The position numbers and the translations under genes were made by a program. From Alphaproteobacteria bacterium (lineage in GTDB: Bacteria; Pseudomonadota; Alphaproteobacteria; UBA2966), in assembly GCA_964291395.2 (NCBI GenBank), contig OZ219858.1, positions 928,001 through 992,000 of the forward strand: a stretch of 64,000 bases of DNA, in the 5' to 3' direction. Below the pieces are notes generated by a model that saw only the letters and a list, made by a program, of their open reading frames with translations, did no database searches and was not told the origin of the DNA. This document shows, piece by piece, positions 43,353 to 55,146 of the stretch. Within the stretch, counting starts at the first letter, position 1. Every line of letters begins with the position of its first letter.

Positions 43353-44459
43353 TCAGGCGGCGGGCTTCGCCCGCTCGGGGTACAGCGACGCCAGCCCCTC
43401 GACCGATGCGTCGCAGATGCCCCGTTCGGTAATCAGCGCGGTCACGAGGTGCGAAGGCGTGACGTCAAAGGCGAAGTTCGCGGCGGCGCTGCCGTCGGGC
43501 GTGAGCTGAACGGTCGTGACCTCGCCCGACCGGGTCCTGCCTGAAATCTCCGTGACCTCGCTGCCGTCGCGCTCCTCGATGGGTATGTCGCGCACGCCGT
43601 CGCGAATGGTCCAGTCGATGGTGGAATGCGGCAAACCGACGTAGAAGGGTACGCCGTTGTCACGCGCGGCCAGGGCCTTCAGGTAGGTCCCGATCTTGTT
43701 GCACACATCGCCCGAGGCGGTGGTGCGGTCCGTCCCGGTCATGCATAGATCGACGCGGCCGCGCTGCATGAGGTGGCCGCCGGCGTTGTCGACGATGACC
43801 GTATGCGGCACACCGTGATGAGCCAGTTCCCACGCCGTGAGACCGGCGCCCTGGTTGCGGGGGCGCGTCTCTCCGACCCAGACGTGGATTGGAATTCCGC
43901 CGTCGTGTGCTTTGTAGATGGGCGCGGTGGCGGTGCCCCAGTCGACGGTGGCAAGCCAGCCGGCGTTGCAATGCGTGAGAATCTCGACAGGCCTGGACCG
44001 GCCGGTCGCATCCCAGACCTCGCGAATGAGAGAGAGCCCGTGGTCGCCGATGGCCGCACAGGTGGCCACGTCGTCATCGCTGATGTCGGCGGCCTTGGCG
44101 TAAGCGGCATCCAGCCTGTTTCCGACGGTGAGCGTGCTCACCGCCGTTTTCATCTCGTCGAGCGCCCAGCGCAAATTGACGGCTGTCGGGCGCGTGGCCA
44201 GCAACGTTTCGCAGGCCTGGGCCAGGGATGCATCGGACGGATCCTCGGTCAGGGCCAGACAGACGCCATAGGCAGCCGTCGCGCCGATCAGGGGCGCCCC
44301 CCGCACGCGCATGGCCTTTATGGCTTCGGCGGCCTCCGCGACGGTGCTCAGCGTGCGTGTGACGAATTCGTGCGGCAGAAGGGTCTGGTCGATGATGTGG
44401 ACGCTCCGCCCGTCGTCCCCGACCCAAATAGTGCGGTATGGCGTGCCGTCGACGTTCAT
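43353..44459 (-). CDS. mtnA: S-methyl-5-thioribose-1-phosphate isomerase
   Basis: DQTLLP, VRGAP, TRPTAVNL, THCNAGWLA, ETRP, NKIGTY, FDVTP. Confidence 0.96.
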   Translation of the reverse strand: MNVDGTPYRTIWVGDDGRSVHIIDQTLLPHEFVTRTLSTVAEAAEAIKAMRVRGAPLIGATAAYGVCLALTEDPSDASLAQACETLLATRPTAVNLRWALDEMKTAVSTLTVGNRLDAAYAKAADISDDDVATCAAIGDHGLSLIREVWDATGRSRPVEILTHCNAGWLATVDWGTATAPIYKAHDGGIPIHVWVGETRPRNQGAGLTAWELAHHGVPHTVIVDNAGGHLMQRGRVDLCMTGTDRTTASGDVCNKIGTYLKALAARDNGVPFYVGLPHSTIDWTIRDGVRDIPIEERDGSEVTEISGRTRSGEVTTVQLTPDGSAAANFAFDVTPSHLVTALITERGICDASVEGLASLYPERAKPAA

Positions 44460-44480
44460 GCGATGAGGCCCGGTTGCTTC

Positions 44481-45008
44481 TCATTCCCCTTCGAACGTGC
44501 AGAGCGTAAGAACCTTGAGCCCCATGTCTTCGATTCGTCTACGGCCACCCAGGTCCGGCAGATCGATGACGAACGAGCAGCCGACAACGTCGGCGCCTGC
44601 CTGCCGGATGAGCTTGATCGCTGCCTCCGCCGTTCCGCCGGTCGCGATCAGGTCGTCGACAAGCAGTACGTGGGAGTTCGGCTCGAGAGCGTCCCGGTGA
44701 ATCTCTACCCTGTCCGTACCGTATTCCAGTTCGTAATCCTCGCCGATGGTCTCCCAGGGGAGCTTGTCCTTCTTGCGCACGGGTACGAAGCCGACCGAGA
44801 GCTGATGGGCCACCGCGCCGCCGAGGATGAATCCGCGCGCCTCGATGCCGGCGACGGCGTCGATGCGGACGCCCGCATGGGGTTGGACCAGTTCATCGAC
44901 GGCCTTGCGGAAACCGAACGGATCCTGCAGCAGGGTCGTGATGTCCCGAAACATCACGCCTTCCTTCGGATGGTTCGGAATGGTGCGGATGAGTGACTTG
45001 TAGGGCAT
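44481..45008 (-). CDS. apt: Adenine phosphoribosyltransferase
   Basis: [24 protein letters not shown]. Confidence 0.97.
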   Translation of the reverse strand: MPYKSLIRTIPNHPKEGVMFRDITTLLQDPFGFRKAVDELVQPHAGVRIDAVAGIEARGFILGGAVAHQLSVGFVPVRKKDKLPWETIGEDYELEYGTDRVEIHRDALEPNSHVLLVDDLIATGGTAEAAIKLIRQAGADVVGCSFVIDLPDLGGRRRIEDMGLKVLTLCTFEGE

Positions 45009-45035
45009 CCGGGCGTTCCATGACCTCGGGCACGA

Positions 45036-45926
<891 letters not shown>

Positions 45927-46081
45927 GTCCTTGATACCCCCATTGCCAGATGCGGCAAGCGGGGCTCAACGGTTCATCCGTCCCCGGAACCGACGCAGGG
46001 GAATCGGTGCCGGACCCCGCATTTACCGATTGTCCGACACCGATTCTCCTGCCGCCGAATGCTTCGGAGTACGGGCGTCGG

Positions 46082-46870
46082 CTAGTGGACGTCTCTCCAG
46101 ACTTTACGCTTGACCATGTAGAGGAGCACGGTCATCAGCACCAGAAAGACCATCACCTTGATGCCCATCCGCTTGCGTGCCTCCATGTCGGGCTCGGCCG
46201 CCCAGGTCAGGAACGTCGTGACGTCCCGCGCCATCTGGTCGACGGACGCCTTCGTGCCGTCCGCATATTCGACACCGTCCTCGAGCAGGGGCGGCGGCAT
46301 GGCGATCTGGCCGCCGCTGAAGTAGGGGTTGTAGTCCATCCCCTCGCCCAATTCGACGTCAGCGGGCGGGTCCGCGTAGCCCGTCAGCAGCGAATAAACG
46401 TAATCCTCGCCACCGGCGCGGGCCTTGACGATCAGCGACAGGTCCGGCGGCAGTGAGCCGTTGTTGGCCGCTCTCGCCGCATTGTCATTGGCGAAAGGCG
46501 CCGGAATGAAGTCGGAGAGAACGGCCGGCCGCTCGAACATCTCGCCTTCCTCGTCGGGGCCGCCCATGACCTCGTACTGGGCGGCGATGGCCTTGGCCTG
46601 CACCTCGTCAAAGCCGATGGACCGCAGATTGCGGAAGGCGAAGTACTTGAGCGAATGACATGCCGAGCAGACTTCCTGGTAGACCTGGAAGCCCCTCTGG
46701 AGCTCGCCCCGGTCATAGGTGCCGAACGGTCCCTGGAACGAGAAACCGGGCGACTTCGGTGCCTCGACATCTCCCGCTGCCATCGAGGGTCCGGCCGTCA
46801 GGAGCGCCACGCAGGCGGCGGCCACGGCGAGCGTCGGCCGCACGAAGGTCACGGGGCGTCGACCGGTCAT
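46082..46870 (-). CDS. petC: Cytochrome c1
   Basis: QRGFQVY.EVCSACH, PPDLSL, IAMPPPL, C-terminal TM anchor. Confidence 0.96.
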   Translation of the reverse strand: MTGRRPVTFVRPTLAVAAACVALLTAGPSMAAGDVEAPKSPGFSFQGPFGTYDRGELQRGFQVYQEVCSACHSLKYFAFRNLRSIGFDEVQAKAIAAQYEVMGGPDEEGEMFERPAVLSDFIPAPFANDNAARAANNGSLPPDLSLIVKARAGGEDYVYSLLTGYADPPADVELGEGMDYNPYFSGGQIAMPPPLLEDGVEYADGTKASVDQMARDVTTFLTWAAEPDMEARKRMGIKVMVFLVLMTVLLYMVKRKVWRDVH

Positions 46871-48117
46871 GGCGCGCCCTCCTTCGCCGTATCCGCCCCG
46901 CCTCCTTTGTCGAGGACCGATGTGGCGATGGAATCGGGCAACTGCCGTGGCGTCTCGAACCAGCCGACGAACGGCATGATGATGATGAAATGCAGGAAGT
47001 AGTATGCCGTCGCCAGCTGGCCGATCAGGATGAAGTAGCCCTCGGGAGGATTGGCGCCGACCCACCCGAGAATCAGGATGTCGGCCACCAGGATCCAGTA
47101 GAACTGCTTGTAGATGGGACGGAACGTCGCCGACCGCACCCGGGACGTGTCGAGCCACGGGATCAGGAACAACACACCGATGGCCGCCCCCATTACGACG
47201 ATACCTCCGAGCTTGTCCGGTATGGCCCGCAATATCGCGTAGTACGGCAACAGGTACCATTCGGGCACGATGTGCGGCGGCGTCTGCAGCGGATTGGCGG
47301 GAATATAATTGTCTGGATGCCCTAGGTAGTTCGGGTTGTAGAACACCCAGTAGGCGAAAATGATCAGGAACAGGCCCAGGCCGAACAGGTCCTTCACCGT
47401 GTAGTACGGATGGAAGGGGAGGGTGTCCTGCGGACCCTTCACGTCGATGCCCGTGGGGTTGTTGGATCCGTGCGTGTGCAACGCCCAGATGTGGACGATG
47501 ACCACGCCGGCGATGACGAAGGGCAGGAGGTAGTGAAGGCTGTAGAAGCGCTGCAACGTCGGGCTGTCGACCGCGAAGCCGCCCCACAGCCAGGTCACGA
47601 TGGGCTCACCGATCAGGGGGATGGCCGAGAACAGGTTGGTGATCACGGTGGCGGCCCAGAAGCTCATCTGGCCCCAAGGCAAGACGTAGCCCATGAAGGC
47701 CGACGCCATCATGAGCAGCATGATCGCAAGTCCGATCCACCACAGGAGTTCGCGCGGGTATTTGTAGGAACCGTAGTACAGGCCGCGGAAGACGTGGATG
47801 TAGACTACGAGGAAGAACATCGAGGCGCCGTTGGCGTGGATGTAGCGAATCAGCCAGCCGTAATTGACGTTGCGCATGATGTGTTCGACGGAATCGAACG
47901 CCATGTCCCCGTGCGGCACATAGTGCATGGCGAGCACGATGCCCGTCACGATCTGGATGACGAGTGCGACTCCCGCCAGGGAACCCATGTTCCACAGGTA
48001 GTTCAGGTTCTTCGGAGCGGGATAGCCCGAGCCGACGGTATGATCGAGCCAACTGAAAATCGGCAGCCGATATTCGATCCACTGAACGATCCGGTTGCCG
48101 GAACCGGGAGAACTCAT
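46867..48117 (-). CDS. petB: Cytochrome b
   Basis: [22 protein letters not shown]. Confidence 0.98.
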   Translation of the reverse strand: MSSPGSGNRIVQWIEYRLPIFSWLDHTVGSGYPAPKNLNYLWNMGSLAGVALVIQIVTGIVLAMHYVPHGDMAFDSVEHIMRNVNYGWLIRYIHANGASMFFLVVYIHVFRGLYYGSYKYPRELLWWIGLAIMLLMMASAFMGYVLPWGQMSFWAATVITNLFSAIPLIGEPIVTWLWGGFAVDSPTLQRFYSLHYLLPFVIAGVVIVHIWALHTHGSNNPTGIDVKGPQDTLPFHPYYTVKDLFGLGLFLIIFAYWVFYNPNYLGHPDNYIPANPLQTPPHIVPEWYLLPYYAILRAIPDKLGGIVVMGAAIGVLFLIPWLDTSRVRSATFRPIYKQFYWILVADILILGWVGANPPEGYFILIGQLATAYYFLHFIIIMPFVGWFETPRQLPDSIATSVLDKGGGADTAKEGAP

Positions 48118-48127
48118 ATGGGGCTCC

Positions 48128-48676
48128 CTAGCCGATTTTGATGGTGGTGTCGGAGAGGAATTCGTATGGCGGGACCATAAGGTTCTCAGGAGCCGGTCCC
48201 TTCCTGATTCGGCCCGACGTATCGTAATGCGAGCCGTGACATGGGCAGAACCAGCCGCCGAAATCGCCTTGTGGATCGGTGGCCTTCTGGCCCAGCGGCA
48301 CGCACCCGAGATGGGTACAGACACCGACCATTATCAGCCATTTGTCCTGCTGGACCCGATCCTCGTCAGCCTGCGGGTCTCGCAGGTCTTCGACAATCAC
48401 GTTGCGCGCCGCCTCGATCTCGGTGGCCGTGCGATGGCGAATGAAAACGGGTTTGCCCCGCCATAGGACCGTGATGGCCTGACCCTCCTTGACGGGAGAC
48501 AGGTCCACCTCCGTCGAGGCGAGGGCCAACACGTCGGAAGAGGGATTCATTTGGTCGATGAGGGGCCATACCGCTAGCGCGGTTCCGATACCGCCGAAGG
48601 CTCCCGTTGCGATGTAAAGGAAATCGCGGCGGCTCGCATCGTCTCCGTGTCCGCCGCCGGACGTTGTCGTCGACAT
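48128..48676 (-). CDS. petA: Rieske iron-sulfur protein
   Basis: SRRDFL Tat motif, CTHLGC, CPCHGS. Confidence 0.98.
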   Translation of the reverse strand: MSTTTSGGGHGDDASRRDFLYIATGAFGGIGTALAVWPLIDQMNPSSDVLALASTEVDLSPVKEGQAITVLWRGKPVFIRHRTATEIEAARNVIVEDLRDPQADEDRVQQDKWLIMVGVCTHLGCVPLGQKATDPQGDFGGWFCPCHGSHYDTSGRIRKGPAPENLMVPPYEFLSDTTIKIG

Positions 48677-48802
48677 ATGACCAAACCTGCCAATTCGTGC
48701 GAAATGCGCGCCCTTTGTCTCAAAAATCCTCCGCCTTGTCCAGAGCGTGCAAGGTGTCGATTTCCAGGTTCGGACTCCGGCGAATCGGATACAGTTGGAG
48801 AC

Positions 48803-49042
48803 ATGCGTCTCGCCGTCTTCGAACCCGACATGCCCCGGAGCTTGGATGCCACGGCGCGTCTCGGCGCCCGTCCGGATATTCCGCTCGACGCCGTCGGCCC
48901 GTGCGGTTTTCCCATCTCGGTGGCGGCGCGCTCGCTCGACGTCGTCGTGGCCGTCGGCATGGCCTCGGGGGGAGCATTGCGTCAGACGGGCGGGTTCGCG
49001 CGGCGCGAGGAATTCCCTGGTCTGGAAAAGACGACGCCATGA
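48803..49042 (+). pseudogene. trmL: Internally deleted, diverged tRNA (cytidine34-2'-O)-methyltransferase
   Basis: [11 protein letters not shown]...GPCGFP joined to ARSLDV...[10 protein letters not shown]; 79 aa, about half the normal TrmL length; lies directly upstream of hemF. Confidence 0.75.
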
Positions 49043-49893
49043 CGCTCCCGACCGAAGATCGACGGAATCACGCCGCCAACTGGTTTCGTCAGTTGCGGGA
49101 TGACATCTGCGCGGATTTCGAGAGACTGGAGGACGTCTATGGCGGACCGTTGTCCGACCGGCCGGCTGGCCGGTTCGAGCGGCGGGAGTGGTCGCGCGGC
49201 GGGGATGGCGGCGGCGGCGTGATGTCGATCATGCGCGGCCGCGTCTTCGAAAAGGTTGGCGTCAACGTCTCGACCGTGCACGGCGAGTTCTCGGAGGAGT
49301 TCCGCGACAGCATCCCGGGGGCCGAGGAGGACCCGCGATTTTGGGCGGCCGGCATATCGCTGGTGGCGCACATGCAGTCTCCTCACGTGCCGGCGGTGCA
49401 TATGAATACCCGGCACATCGTGACCACGAGAGCATGGTTCGGCGGCGGCGCCGACCTCACGCCGGCGGTTCCCAACGACACGGATGCGCGGGAATTTCAT
49501 GCCGAACTGAAGAAGGCCTGTGATTTCCATGATCCCACCTACTATCCGAGCTTCAAGCAGGCCTGCGACGAGTACTTTCATCTGACCCATCGCGACGAAC
49601 CCCGAGGGGTGGGCGGTATTTTCTTCGACTATCACGACACCGGCGACTGGATGACGGATTTCGCCTTCACCCGGGACGTCGGTCTCGCCGTCAGCGAGGT
49701 CTTTCCGCGCATCGTGCGCCGTCATATGAACAAGACCTGGACCAGGGAGGAACGCGAGCATCTGCTCGTCCGCCGCGGACGCTATGTCGAATTCAACCTG
49801 TTGTACGACCGCGGCACTCAGTTCGGTCTGAAAACGGGCGGCAACGTCGAGGCGATTCTGATGTCGCTGCCGCCCGAGGTGAAATGGCCGTGA
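49039..49893 (+). CDS. hemF: Oxygen-dependent coproporphyrinogen III oxidase
   Basis: [38 protein letters not shown]. Confidence 0.97.
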   Translation: MTLPTEDRRNHAANWFRQLRDDICADFERLEDVYGGPLSDRPAGRFERREWSRGGDGGGGVMSIMRGRVFEKVGVNVSTVHGEFSEEFRDSIPGAEEDPRFWAAGISLVAHMQSPHVPAVHMNTRHIVTTRAWFGGGADLTPAVPNDTDAREFHAELKKACDFHDPTYYPSFKQACDEYFHLTHRDEPRGVGGIFFDYHDTGDWMTDFAFTRDVGLAVSEVFPRIVRRHMNKTWTREEREHLLVRRGRYVEFNLLYDRGTQFGLKTGGNVEAILMSLPPEVKWP

Positions 49894-49957
49894 GCGCGTC
49901 AGCCAGGGCGGAAGCCGAGCTGGAATTGTCGGGGGAGACGGCTCAGGGGCGCAGGGC

Positions 49958-51127
49958 ATGACCGGACTCACATACGAAGACTCGCCCGTCGCGGTCCGGG
50001 AGGGGCTGGCCATCGCGCACCGGCACGCTTGGCGGCGACTTGCCGCACCCGGGACGTGGTGGAGCGGGCCGACGCGGGTGGCGGTCGCCGCCGAGGTGCG
50101 GAATGCTGCGGCCTGCGGGCTGTGCCGGCGGCGCAAGGAAGCTCTGTCGCCCTATACGCTCGGCGGAGTCCACGACAGCCTGGGATCGCTGCCCGAAAGC
50201 CACGTCGACGTGATCCACCGGATCGTCACCGACCCGGGGCGGCTCAGCAAGACCTGGCTGGACGACGTTCTGGCGAGCTGCCTGAGCGACGCCGAGTATG
50301 TCGAGACCGTCGGCGTCATCGTCAATGTCATGGCGATCGACCAGTTTCGCCGCGGCATCGGCATGGCGCCCGCGCCGCTGCCCGAGTCTCTTCCCGGCGA
50401 GCCCATGCGGGTGCGTCCCCGGGGCGCCAAGCCCGGCGCCGCCTGGGTGCCGCTGCTGGCGCCGGAAGATGTCACCGAGGCGGAGGCCGACCTCTACCCC
50501 GACGTGCCCTTGATCACCTACGTGCAGCGGGCGCTGAGCCTCGTACCCGAGGAGGCCCGTGCCTACAACGCCATCGGCTGCGAGCAGTACACGCCGACGG
50601 GCGCGAGCTGGGACTTCGAGAGCCGGATGCGCGAGATCAGCTACCAGCAGATCGAGCTCGTCGCCTCGAAGGTCTCGGTCCTCAACGGATGCTTCTACTG
50701 AACGGCCGGCCATTCGGCGAGGCTCCGTGAGAGCCTGAGGCGTGACGGCCGGGACAGCGACCTTCAGATCCTCGTGGACGTGTCGTCGGACGACGGGGCG
50801 GTGCCGCACGCGGCTCTGCTCGTCCGCTTCACCGAGGCCTTGATCACCGGTGACGGCGCGGCGCTGGATGCCGCCCGCGAAGAGATCGTCGAGAGGATGG
50901 GGGCAGGCGCCCTGGTCGATGCCGCGGGCGTCGCGGGCGCATTCGAGGGCTTCACCCGCATCGCCGACGCCATCGGCATTCCGACGGAAACGGTCAAGGT
51001 CGAGATGACGGAGGACTTCCGGGCCGGACTCGGCGCCGATTCGTTCACCGGCGCGCGGAACGTCGGCGACGCGCCGCTGCGCGCGGACGCCGAGGCGGCC
51101 TATTGGGGCACCGCGCGGGTGAAGTAA
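49958..51127 (+). CDS. AhpD/CMD-like selenoprotein (389 aa, UGA read as Sec at codon 248)
   Basis: ORFs 49958-50701 and 50774-51127 are in one frame, separated only by TGA 50699-50701 inside ELVASKVSVLNGCFY-U-TAGH; a hairpin follows. Confidence 0.85.
50702..50752 (+). promoter_or_regulatory. Candidate bacterial SECIS element
   Basis: Upper stem AGGCTC (50720-25)/GAGCCT (50731-36) with loop CGTGA; lower stem CCGGCC (50706-11)/GGCCGG (50747-52). Confidence 0.7.
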
Positions 51128-51191
51128 GGCATCCGTGTGCGGCCTGGATTCTCGGGACCGTGTGTCCACCCCCTCCGGTGAAGTCAGGCGC

Positions 51192-51857
51192 CTACAGCGT
51201 GATTTCACGGCGGTCGTAGGCGCGTCGCCACTTGCCGTCGAAATCCTCGTCGAAGACGAATGCCTCGTCCGTGGTCGCGGTGACCCAGGCCTCGCGGTCA
51301 AGCTCGGATTCGAGCTGCCCCGGCGACCAACCGGCATAGCCGAGCGCCAGGATGCTCTTGCGCGGCCCCTCTCCCCTGGCCAGGGCGCGCACGAGATCGG
51401 CGTCCTCGCCCGGCGTCATGGCGAACACGTCGTCGACCAAGACCGTGTGCTGGCCGACGTAGTCCGGGGTGTGCAGGACGAAGCCGCGCCCGAAATCGAC
51501 GGGTCCGCCAAAATGGATGCGGATGGTGCGGCCGCTCGACTCGATCGGCGGCTCCCCCTCGAGCCGCAGCTTGCTGACGGGCTCCACGCCCAGCACCTTG
51601 TTGATGATCAGGCCGAAGGCGCCCTGCTCGTCATGTGCGACCATGTAGATCACGGACTCCTCGAAACGCGGATCCGACATGTCCGGTGCCGCGATCAGCA
51701 GCTGGCCGGTCAGGAACTTGGGGTGAGGCGCGCTCCTCGGGTCCTGGTCGGCCGACGCCAGAGGCGGAATTGCTGGCGCGAGGAGGCAGACGGCGCCGGC
51801 GACCGTGCCGGCGATCACCGCACTCCGCACTCCCGTCCGTGGTCCAACCCGTGCCAT
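51192..51857 (-). CDS. YqgE/AlgH-family protein with signal-peptide-like N-terminus
   Basis: GQLLIA.P.M.DPRF..SVI, GLIINK, GGPV..GRGFVLH, LGYAGWSPGQLE.E. Confidence 0.9.
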   Translation of the reverse strand: MARVGPRTGVRSAVIAGTVAGAVCLLAPAIPPLASADQDPRSAPHPKFLTGQLLIAAPDMSDPRFEESVIYMVAHDEQGAFGLIINKVLGVEPVSKLRLEGEPPIESSGRTIRIHFGGPVDFGRGFVLHTPDYVGQHTVLVDDVFAMTPGEDADLVRALARGEGPRKSILALGYAGWSPGQLESELDREAWVTATTDEAFVFDEDFDGKWRRAYDRREITL

Positions 51858-51950
51858 GCTAGAAGAACCGTGCCAAATCACGACCCCATCGATCCGCGTT
51901 GCGCGCCTCTTCCCGGACGCTTCGCCAAGTTTACCGCGACTCGGCGCGAC

Positions 51951-52685
51951 GTGCGCGTCGCCGTGCCGACGGCGGTCGCCGCCTGCATGATCCTCGCGCT
52001 CGTGGCCGGCAACGTCCTGGCGGATGCCTACGATGCCGCGCGCAACGACCTGCTCGAGCAGATTCAGCGGGACGCGGCGGATACCGGCGGGTTGACGGGA
52101 CGACGGGGCTTCTCGCCGGAGACCATGGCGGCGCTCCGCCGCGTTCCGCGCCACGAGTTCGTGCGCAAGGAACACCTGTCGCTTGCCTACGCGAACCGTC
52201 CGCTGCCGATCGGATACGGGCAGACGATCTCTCAGCCCTACATCGTCGCCCTGATGACCGATCTGCTCGATCTCTCTCGCGACCAGCGGCTGCTGGAGGT
52301 CGGTACCGGGTCGGGCTACCAGGCGGCCGTGGCCGCGGAGGTCGCCGGGCACGTCTACACCGTCGAGATCATCGGGGCGCTGGCGGACCAGGCCCGGGAC
52401 AGGTTGAAGGATCTCGGCGTCGCGAACGTGACCGTACGCCGGGCCGACGGTTATCACGGCTGGCCCCGCCACGCGCCGTTCGACGCCATCATCGTGACGG
52501 CTGCCGCCGACCACATCCCGCCTCCGCTGGTGCGGCAGCTCAGGCCGGGCGGGCGCATGGTCATTCCGGTGGGTCCGCGTTTCCTCACCCAACAGCTCGT
52601 GCTGATCGAGAAAGCGCACGACGGCCGCGTCACGGCACGCCAGTTGCTGCCCGTCCGATTCGTGCCGCTGACCCGCAAACCGTGA
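51951..52685 (+). CDS. pcm: Protein-L-isoaspartate O-methyltransferase with N-terminal hydrophobic leader
   Basis: VPRHEFV, GQTISQP, LEVGTGSGYQAA, APFDAIIVTA, VRFVPL; start uncertain (51870, 51951 or 51987). Confidence 0.9.
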   Translation: MRVAVPTAVAACMILALVAGNVLADAYDAARNDLLEQIQRDAADTGGLTGRRGFSPETMAALRRVPRHEFVRKEHLSLAYANRPLPIGYGQTISQPYIVALMTDLLDLSRDQRLLEVGTGSGYQAAVAAEVAGHVYTVEIIGALADQARDRLKDLGVANVTVRRADGYHGWPRHAPFDAIIVTAAADHIPPPLVRQLRPGGRMVIPVGPRFLTQQLVLIEKAHDGRVTARQLLPVRFVPLTRKP

Positions 52686-52695
52686 TCCGCACCCG

Positions 52696-55146
52696 GTGAC
52701 CCTGCCGCTTACCTTGGCCGTCGCCCTCCTCTCCGGCGCCGTCATGGGCTACGAGATCCTGCTGATGCGGTTCTTCTCCATCGCCCAGTGGCACCATTTC
52801 GCCTACATGGTCATCGGGCTGGCGCTGCTCGGGTTCGGTGTCAGCGGGACGTTCCTGGTCTTCGCGCGGGAACGCCTGTCGGCGCGTTTCGTCCCGGCGT
52901 TCGCGACGTTCGCGGGCCTCTTCGGCGTTACCGTCGTCGGCGCGACTTCAACCGCCCAGCTCGTCCCCTTCAATGCGCTGGAAGTCGTGTGGGACCCTTG
53001 GCAATTCGCCTACCTCTTCGTCATCTATCTGCTGCTGGCCGGGCCGTTTTTCTGTGCGGCGACGAGCATCGGCCTCACCCTCTACGTACTCCGGTCCGGC
53101 ACCGCGCAGGTGTACCGCGCCGACCTCATGGGCGCGGGCCTCGGTGCCGCGGCGATCGTCGCGGTGATGTTCCTTCTGCCGATCGACCGATGCCTGGCGG
53201 CCCTGGGCGGGGTAGGACTGGTTGCGGCCGGATTGGCCCTCGCCTCGGAACGGCGGACGCGGAGACCCGCGGCCCTGTGCATCGTCGGAGCCGTAGCGGC
53301 CGTGGCCTTCCTGCCGGACGAGCCATTGATGCCCCGTCTCAATCCCTACAAGGCCCTGGGACAGGCGTTGACCGTGCCCGGCGCCGAGATCGTGTCGGAG
53401 GTGTCGGGTCCGCTGGGCCTGCTCACCGCCGTGCGGAACGACGAGGTGCCCCTTCGCCATGCGCCGGGCCTCAGCCTGAACGCGAACGCGGATATTCCCG
53501 AACAGCTCGCCGTCTACACGGACGGCGACGCCCCGACCGCGGTGACCCGCCACGACGGAGCCCTGTCGTCGTCGGCGTATCTCGACTGGCGGACGGCGGC
53601 GTTGCCCTACCACCTCGTGGCGGAGCCGCGTGTCCTCGTCCTCGGCACGGGCGGTGGTGACGAGGTTCTGATGGCCCTCCACCACCGGGCACGCTCCGTC
53701 GACGCCATCGAGCTCAATCCGCAGATGGCCCGTCTTGTCGGCCGGGACCACGCCGAATTCGGTGGACGGATCTTCGAACGGCCCCATGTCTCGCTTCACG
53801 TCGGCGAGGGGCGCAGCTTCGCCGCGACGACGGACGGGGCTTACGACCTCATCCAGATCTCGCTGCTCGATCCCTTCTCGGCGGCGGCCTCGGGCCTGCA
53901 CGCTCTCAACGAGAGCACGCTCTATACGGTGGAGGCGTTCGAGACCTTCCTCGGACGCCTGACGCCGGACGGCGTGCTGGCTGTCACCCGCTGGATGCGC
54001 CTGCCGCCGCGGGGCAGCCTCAAGCTCGCGGCCACGGCGCTCGCCGCTCTGGAACGGACCGGCGCGTCCCGCCCGCGGGACCACATCGCCGCCGTACGGG
54101 CCTGGAACGCCGTCACGCTGGTGGTCGCGAAGAGGCCGCTGACGCAGGACCGGATCTCGATGGCACGAACGTTCGCGAACGTCCGGTCCTTCGACCTCGC
54201 CTACCTTCCGGGGATCGCGGCCGACGAGACCAACCGCTTCAACGTGATCGGCACGCCCACGGTCTACCAGGGAATCGACGCCTTGGCGGGGAGCAGGGCC
54301 GCCGAGTTCGTCGAGTCCTACCCCTTCGACATCGCGCCCGCCACGGACGACCGCCCCTATTTCTTCCATTTCTTCAAGTGGCGCCTTCTGCCGGAGCTTC
54401 TGGAGATGCGTACGGCGGGCGGCATCCCGTTCATCGAATGGGGGTATGTCATTCTCCTGGCGACGCTCGTCCAGGCGCTGTTGGCGAGCGCCGCCCTGAT
54501 CCTGCTGCCGCTGACGGTGCTTCGAGGCGGCGCGCCCTCGGAATCCAAAGGCCTGTTCTGGTCGACGGCGGCTTGCTTCGGTGCCATCGGGCTCGCCTTC
54601 CTGTTCATCGAGATTTCGTTTATGCAACGCTTCGTGCTGCTGCTCGGCCACCCCCTGTACGCCGTCGTCGTGGTCCTCACGGGCTTTCTGCTGTTCGCTG
54701 GCCTGGGCAGCGGCTGGTCCGCCAAGCTGCGCCGTCGTACGCCCGAAAGAGCCGTTTCCTGGGCCGTCGCCGGGATCGTCGGGTTGGCGTTCCTCTATCT
54801 TGCCTTCCTGCCCGCCGTGTTCGAGGTCCTGAGACCGCTGCCGGAGGTGGCCAAGGTCGCCGTGTCCCTGGCGCTCATCGCGCCGCTCGCTTTCGCGATG
54901 GGGATGCCGTTCCCGCTCGCGCTCCACCGTCTGGGGGAGGCGTCTCCGGGGCTGGTGCCGTGGGCCTGGGGGATCAACGGCTGCGCCTCGGTCGTCAGCG
55001 CGGTGCTCGCCGTGCTGATCGCCATCGACTGGGGGTTCGATGCCGTCATTCTGGCCGCCTGCGGACTCTATGCCGGGGCGGCGATCGTGTACGGCGTGCG
55101 TCTGGGCAAGGCTCCACCGATCGTGAGCCGAGATTCCGGCACATGA
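52696..55146 (+). CDS. Polytopic membrane protein with central spermidine-synthase-like SAM-binding domain
   Basis: TM bundles at both ends; VLVLGTGGG, IELNP, EGRSF, YDLIQ, YTVEAF, TDDRPYF, WAWGING. Confidence 0.85.
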   Translation: MTLPLTLAVALLSGAVMGYEILLMRFFSIAQWHHFAYMVIGLALLGFGVSGTFLVFARERLSARFVPAFATFAGLFGVTVVGATSTAQLVPFNALEVVWDPWQFAYLFVIYLLLAGPFFCAATSIGLTLYVLRSGTAQVYRADLMGAGLGAAAIVAVMFLLPIDRCLAALGGVGLVAAGLALASERRTRRPAALCIVGAVAAVAFLPDEPLMPRLNPYKALGQALTVPGAEIVSEVSGPLGLLTAVRNDEVPLRHAPGLSLNANADIPEQLAVYTDGDAPTAVTRHDGALSSSAYLDWRTAALPYHLVAEPRVLVLGTGGGDEVLMALHHRARSVDAIELNPQMARLVGRDHAEFGGRIFERPHVSLHVGEGRSFAATTDGAYDLIQISLLDPFSAAASGLHALNESTLYTVEAFETFLGRLTPDGVLAVTRWMRLPPRGSLKLAATALAALERTGASRPRDHIAAVRAWNAVTLVVAKRPLTQDRISMARTFANVRSFDLAYLPGIAADETNRFNVIGTPTVYQGIDALAGSRAAEFVESYPFDIAPATDDRPYFFHFFKWRLLPELLEMRTAGGIPFIEWGYVILLATLVQALLASAALILLPLTVLRGGAPSESKGLFWSTAACFGAIGLAFLFIEISFMQRFVLLLGHPLYAVVVVLTGFLLFAGLGSGWSAKLRRRTPERAVSWAVAGIVGLAFLYLAFLPAVFEVLRPLPEVAKVAVSLALIAPLAFAMGMPFPLALHRLGEASPGLVPWAWGINGCASVVSAVLAVLIAIDWGFDAVILAACGLYAGAAIVYGVRLGKAPPIVSRDSGT

